NCBI GenBank assembly: GCA_054661495.1
Contig: BAAFSQ010000394.1
Span: 1 to 7,918 of the forward strand
Origin: Zygophlyctis sp. KS116
Lineage: Eukaryota; Fungi; Chytridiomycota
Length of the DNA: 7,918 nt
Direction of reading: 5' to 3'
The first letter of the stretch is position 1; every line of letters starts with the position of its first letter. Made by a program: the position numbers and the translations under genes. Below the pieces are notes generated by a model. It did not search any database. It saw nothing but the letters and a program-made list of their open reading frames with translations, and had not been told where the DNA came from. Below, piece after piece: positions 6,668 through 7,918 of this stretch.

Positions 6668-7805
6668 CTATATTTCATTATCTATCAACCAAGATTCCAT
6701 AGTATCAATAACAACTTGGAAAGATGTCAGAGTATTATGACCTCCATGATAAACTTCTAAATACCAATAAGGCCCAGCAATTAGCAACTCCCCATCTCCA
6801 GCAATCTTGTGTAAAACATGTTTAAAAGATTTCCCTTCAGTCACTGCATCAAACAGTTTCTTTGATTGCCATGATTTAATTTCAAAATCCATTGTGCCAT
6901 GAAAAATAAGAACTGGACACGAAACATCTTGAATATGCATTTCAGAATGCCATTTTTCCTTTACATAATTTTTTGCAAATGCTGCAGATTTAGAAAAAAA
7001 AGAAAATGGATAAAGTAGTGGAACATTTGGATAACCAAGAGCAGCATCTAAGAGATTAATTAAACCCCTAAAATACCAGGAATTGAGGCATAAGCTGAAA
7101 GTAATATCAAACCTCCAGGAGGTTTACCCTTTATAGACAATGACGCAGATAAATGTGCAGCAACGCCTGATCCTAGAGAATGGCCGATAATAATAATTCT
7201 TTCTTGCTGAACCCCTAAAGATATTAAATATTGATACGCAGTCATTGCATCAATCTGTAAGCCCAATTCTGTTGGCGTCACCCATGATGAATCCCCAAAT
7301 CCTCTATAATCAATAGATATAACATGTGAGTCCATTTGCGCAATATTTGTCATAATTTTATACATTTGCGGTCTAGTAAATGTGGCTCTATTACCTGCAT
7401 TACCATGAAAATACAAAAATATTCTTTTTGCCTTTACCAATGCATTTTCAAAACGTATATCTTTTTGCGAATCACTTTCATTTGCAATATTATCAATATA
7501 ATATTGACTTAAAGTAGTAGTTGGTACTAGTGGAGCGAGTCTTCTAGGCAAAATATGCCATGCACCAAGCTTAACTCCATCAGTGGTAGTTAAATAAAAT
7601 GTTCTTAGAGTTCCACCTACAGTTAGAAAGCAAAAATACTTCTAAATCCAAAACTTTCCCCTGTCCTTGGTATTCTCCAGGGAATTCTAACCCAATGCAA
7701 ATAAATTGCTCCAGACTGTAGACTGGGAAAGAACAGTAAAAGTCCCAACAAGCATAAATAAAAAAATAAAAAGAATCCCAAAATATTCGAGAGTTTTGCA
7801 AACAT
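6668..7805 (-). CDS. ABHD12-like membrane-anchored alpha/beta hydrolase (monoacylglycerol/lysophospholipid lipase; exons 7805-7640, 7616-7077, 7047-6668; ~361 aa)
   Basis: N-terminal transmembrane segment followed by Q...IYLH, then T.DGVKLGAWHILP, YFHGNAGNR, IDYRGFGDS...PTE.G, GHSLGSGVA (catalytic Ser), FHGTMD (Asp) and GGHN (His). Confidence 0.9.
7048..7076 (-). other. Spliceosomal intron, 29 nt (ABHD12-like)
   Basis: GTATTT...TTAATCTCTTAG. Removal joins YASIP|DAALGYP. Confidence 0.88.
7617..7639 (-). other. Spliceosomal intron, 23 nt (ABHD12-like)
   Basis: GTATTTTTGCTTTCTAACTGTAG with a perfect CTAAC branch point. Removal joins SFGFRS|GTLRTFYL. Confidence 0.9.
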
Positions 7806-7918
7806 TTCAAGATAAAATCCGGCCAGGTTTTTACGAATAAGTATTAGTTTTACTATTGATCAATGACAACGAATTTGACCGTTCTAGGTTAAAGTTGGAG
7901 ATTTTCTCATTGAGTAAT

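Noticed and set aside
6548-6760. 70-aa plus-strand ORF spanning the convergent junction
   Set aside because: Out-of-frame overlap with two well-supported genes.
7580-7810. 76-aa minus-strand ORF
   Set aside because: Alternative frame of ABHD12-like exon 1. The 7805 frame carries the conserved motifs.
1-7918. Prokaryotic, viral or alternative-genetic-code interpretation of the dense, fragmented ORFs
   Set aside because: The genes are eukaryote-type (SPT2, PSF1, UPF0390), the breaks are explained by GT-AG introns, and TAA/TAG act as normal stops.

Overview
AT-rich eukaryotic DNA in the standard genetic code, most likely from a compact-genome zoosporic (chytrid-like) fungus (inference). The ORF track is fragmented because the genes are interrupted by very short spliceosomal introns. 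I can place 12 GTA...YAG introns of 23-29 nt by hand, each restoring a conserved reading frame. In order, the window holds an SPT2-like chromatin factor (+), a heavily decayed 4-aminobutyrate (GABA) aminotransferase pseudogene (-), GINS subunit PSF1 (+), a UPF0390/DUF2462 small basic protein (+), an HSL-family/Say1-like esterase (-), a protein with two cyclic-nucleotide-binding domains (+) and an ABHD12-like lipase (-). Gene packing is extreme: 6 nt, 1 nt and -11 nt between convergent stops, and 22 nt between divergent ATGs. I see no RNA genes, mobile elements or CRISPR arrays. All family assignments come from recalled motifs, not database searches.
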